From Myxococcota bacterium (GTDB taxonomy: Bacteria; Myxococcota_A; Polyangia; Polyangiales; Houyiibacteriaceae), in contig JBCDFZ010000003.1 in assembly GCA_039177115.1 (NCBI GenBank), positions 18,564 to 82,563 on the forward strand: a stretch of 64,000 bases of DNA, written 5' to 3'. This document shows, piece by piece, positions 63,042 to 64,000 of this stretch (its first letter is position 1; each line of letters starts with the position of its first letter). The position numbers were made by a program, and so were the translations under genes. The notes under the pieces are model-generated. The model was not told where the DNA came from, searched no databases, and worked only from the letters and a program-made list of their open reading frames with translations.

Positions 63042-64000
63042 ATGGCGCGGCTGTCGCAGTGGATGCCCCTCGTTTTCCTCATGGCGCTTGGTGCATGCCA
63101 CCCGAAGTCTCCAGCGGGGTACGGCCCAATCCGAGTGCTCGCCGCGTTCAATCTCACGGGGTCGGATTCCGAGCTCGACGCGGAGGCGTTCAACGGTGCT
63201 CGGATCGCCATGCGCCGGGTCAACGAGACAGGCGGGGTGAACGGAAGAAACCTCGAGATCGTTCCGATCGACACGGCCAGCAACGTAAGAGTTGCCGTCG
63301 AAGCCGTGGAACGCGCCCTCGACGACGAATCGGACATCGTCGCCGGAATCGGGTACTGCGACTCGTCCTATGCGGACGCGGTTGGCGCGCTCTTCCAGCA
63401 GGCCCAGCTTCCTTTCGTGTCGCCTGGAGCAACCGACCCCAAGGTCCCTGGGCGCGTGGGCAACGACATGTTCTTCGCCGCCTACGGCGACGACGCGCAG
63501 GCTCGCGCCATGGCCGAGTACGCGACGAAGCAGCTAGGCGTCAAGCGCATTGCCGTATGGATGGACGACACAGAGGATTACACGACCACCGTCGCCACCT
63601 ACTTTGCGGAGTCGTTCCAGAATCTCGGCGGCTACGCGAAGTTGCACACCGAAGCGCCGGCGATCGACGACTTCTCCAAGTTCATCGAGCAGGTGAAGAA
63701 GGCGCAGCCTGCGTTCGACGGTGTCTATGGGGCGACGATGCCCGCGCAGGCCGCGGCGTTCATCGAACAGGTGCGCGCGGCGGGGGTCGACGTGCCGCTT
63801 TTATCGGGCGACGGATGGGACGAGCAGCCCGTCGTCGAGACCAGCAAAAAGAAAGCAATCTCAGAGATCTATCTCACGACGCACCGCTTTGTCGGCGTCG
63901 ACTCGAGCGCCATGACGTCGTTCGTCAAAGCCTATCAAGCCGTCCACGGGCAGCCGCCGAGCAATGCCTTCGCAGCGCTCGGCTTCGACTCGGTCGGGCT
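63042..64000 (+). CDS. Periplasmic-binding-protein type 1 (LivK-like) ABC transporter substrate-binding lipoprotein; partial, runs off the window end
   Basis: Not in the ORF track. My translation: MARLSQWMPLVFLMALGACHPKS...AFNLTGSDSELDAEAFNGARIAMRRVNETGGVNGRNLEIVPIDTASN...GIGYCDSSYADAVGALFQQAQLPFVSPGATDP. Lipobox LGAC. CATACT sits 6 nt upstream of the ATG. Confidence 0.7.
   Translation, partial: MARLSQWMPLVFLMALGACHPKSPAGYGPIRVLAAFNLTGSDSELDAEAFNGARIAMRRVNETGGVNGRNLEIVPIDTASNVRVAVEAVERALDDESDIVAGIGYCDSSYADAVGALFQQAQLPFVSPGATDPKVPGRVGNDMFFAAYGDDAQARAMAEYATKQLGVKRIAVWMDDTEDYTTTVATYFAESFQNLGGYAKLHTEAPAIDDFSKFIEQVKKAQPAFDGVYGATMPAQAAAFIEQVRAAGVDVPLLSGDGWDEQPVVETSKKKAISEIYLTTHRFVGVDSSAMTSFVKAYQAVHGQPPSNAFAALGFDSVG

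Overview
High-GC bacterial chromosomal segment (about two-thirds G+C by eye, not computed). I call about 58 protein-coding genes on both strands. I found no rRNA, tRNA, CRISPR array, transposase or integrase. The gene content (a DUF1592/DUF1552 pair, eukaryote-like sterol and peroxisome-like lipid enzymes, Gly/Ser-linker lipoproteins) suggests a myxobacterium, possibly Nannocystineae-like; this is inference only. Main modules: (1) 1..3662, a sterol-tailoring cluster with a plant CPI1-like cyclopropyl-sterol isomerase (partial), CYP51, TetR and a divergent Rieske non-heme-iron oxygenase. (2) 13879..19583, a DUF1592/DUF1552 pair, kefG-kefB and a DUF1552 C-terminal remnant. (3) 22678..28300, a TolC gene divergent from an RND adaptor and pump. 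(4) 33151..34157 and 37111..47422, a complete form I Mo-Cu CO dehydrogenase cluster (coxD, DLH, coxE, coxG, coxM, coxS, coxL, XdhC-like) plus molybdenum cofactor accessory genes. (5) 48710..53146, an operon of an animal-type multifunctional enzyme 2 with two SCP2 domains, an SCPx-type thiolase and TetR. (6) 57737..64000, TonB, a TonB-dependent receptor, a TauD-type dioxygenase, a small OMP and a solute-binding protein. The strongest signal not explained by gene annotation is a -10-like TAnnnT hexamer placed 6-7 nt upstream of many start codons, which implies widespread leaderless transcription. The most interesting biology is the sterol cluster, the peroxisome-like beta-oxidation operon and the rearranged form I CODH cluster. 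All family assignments come from motifs I can read and from memory. No database search was run.
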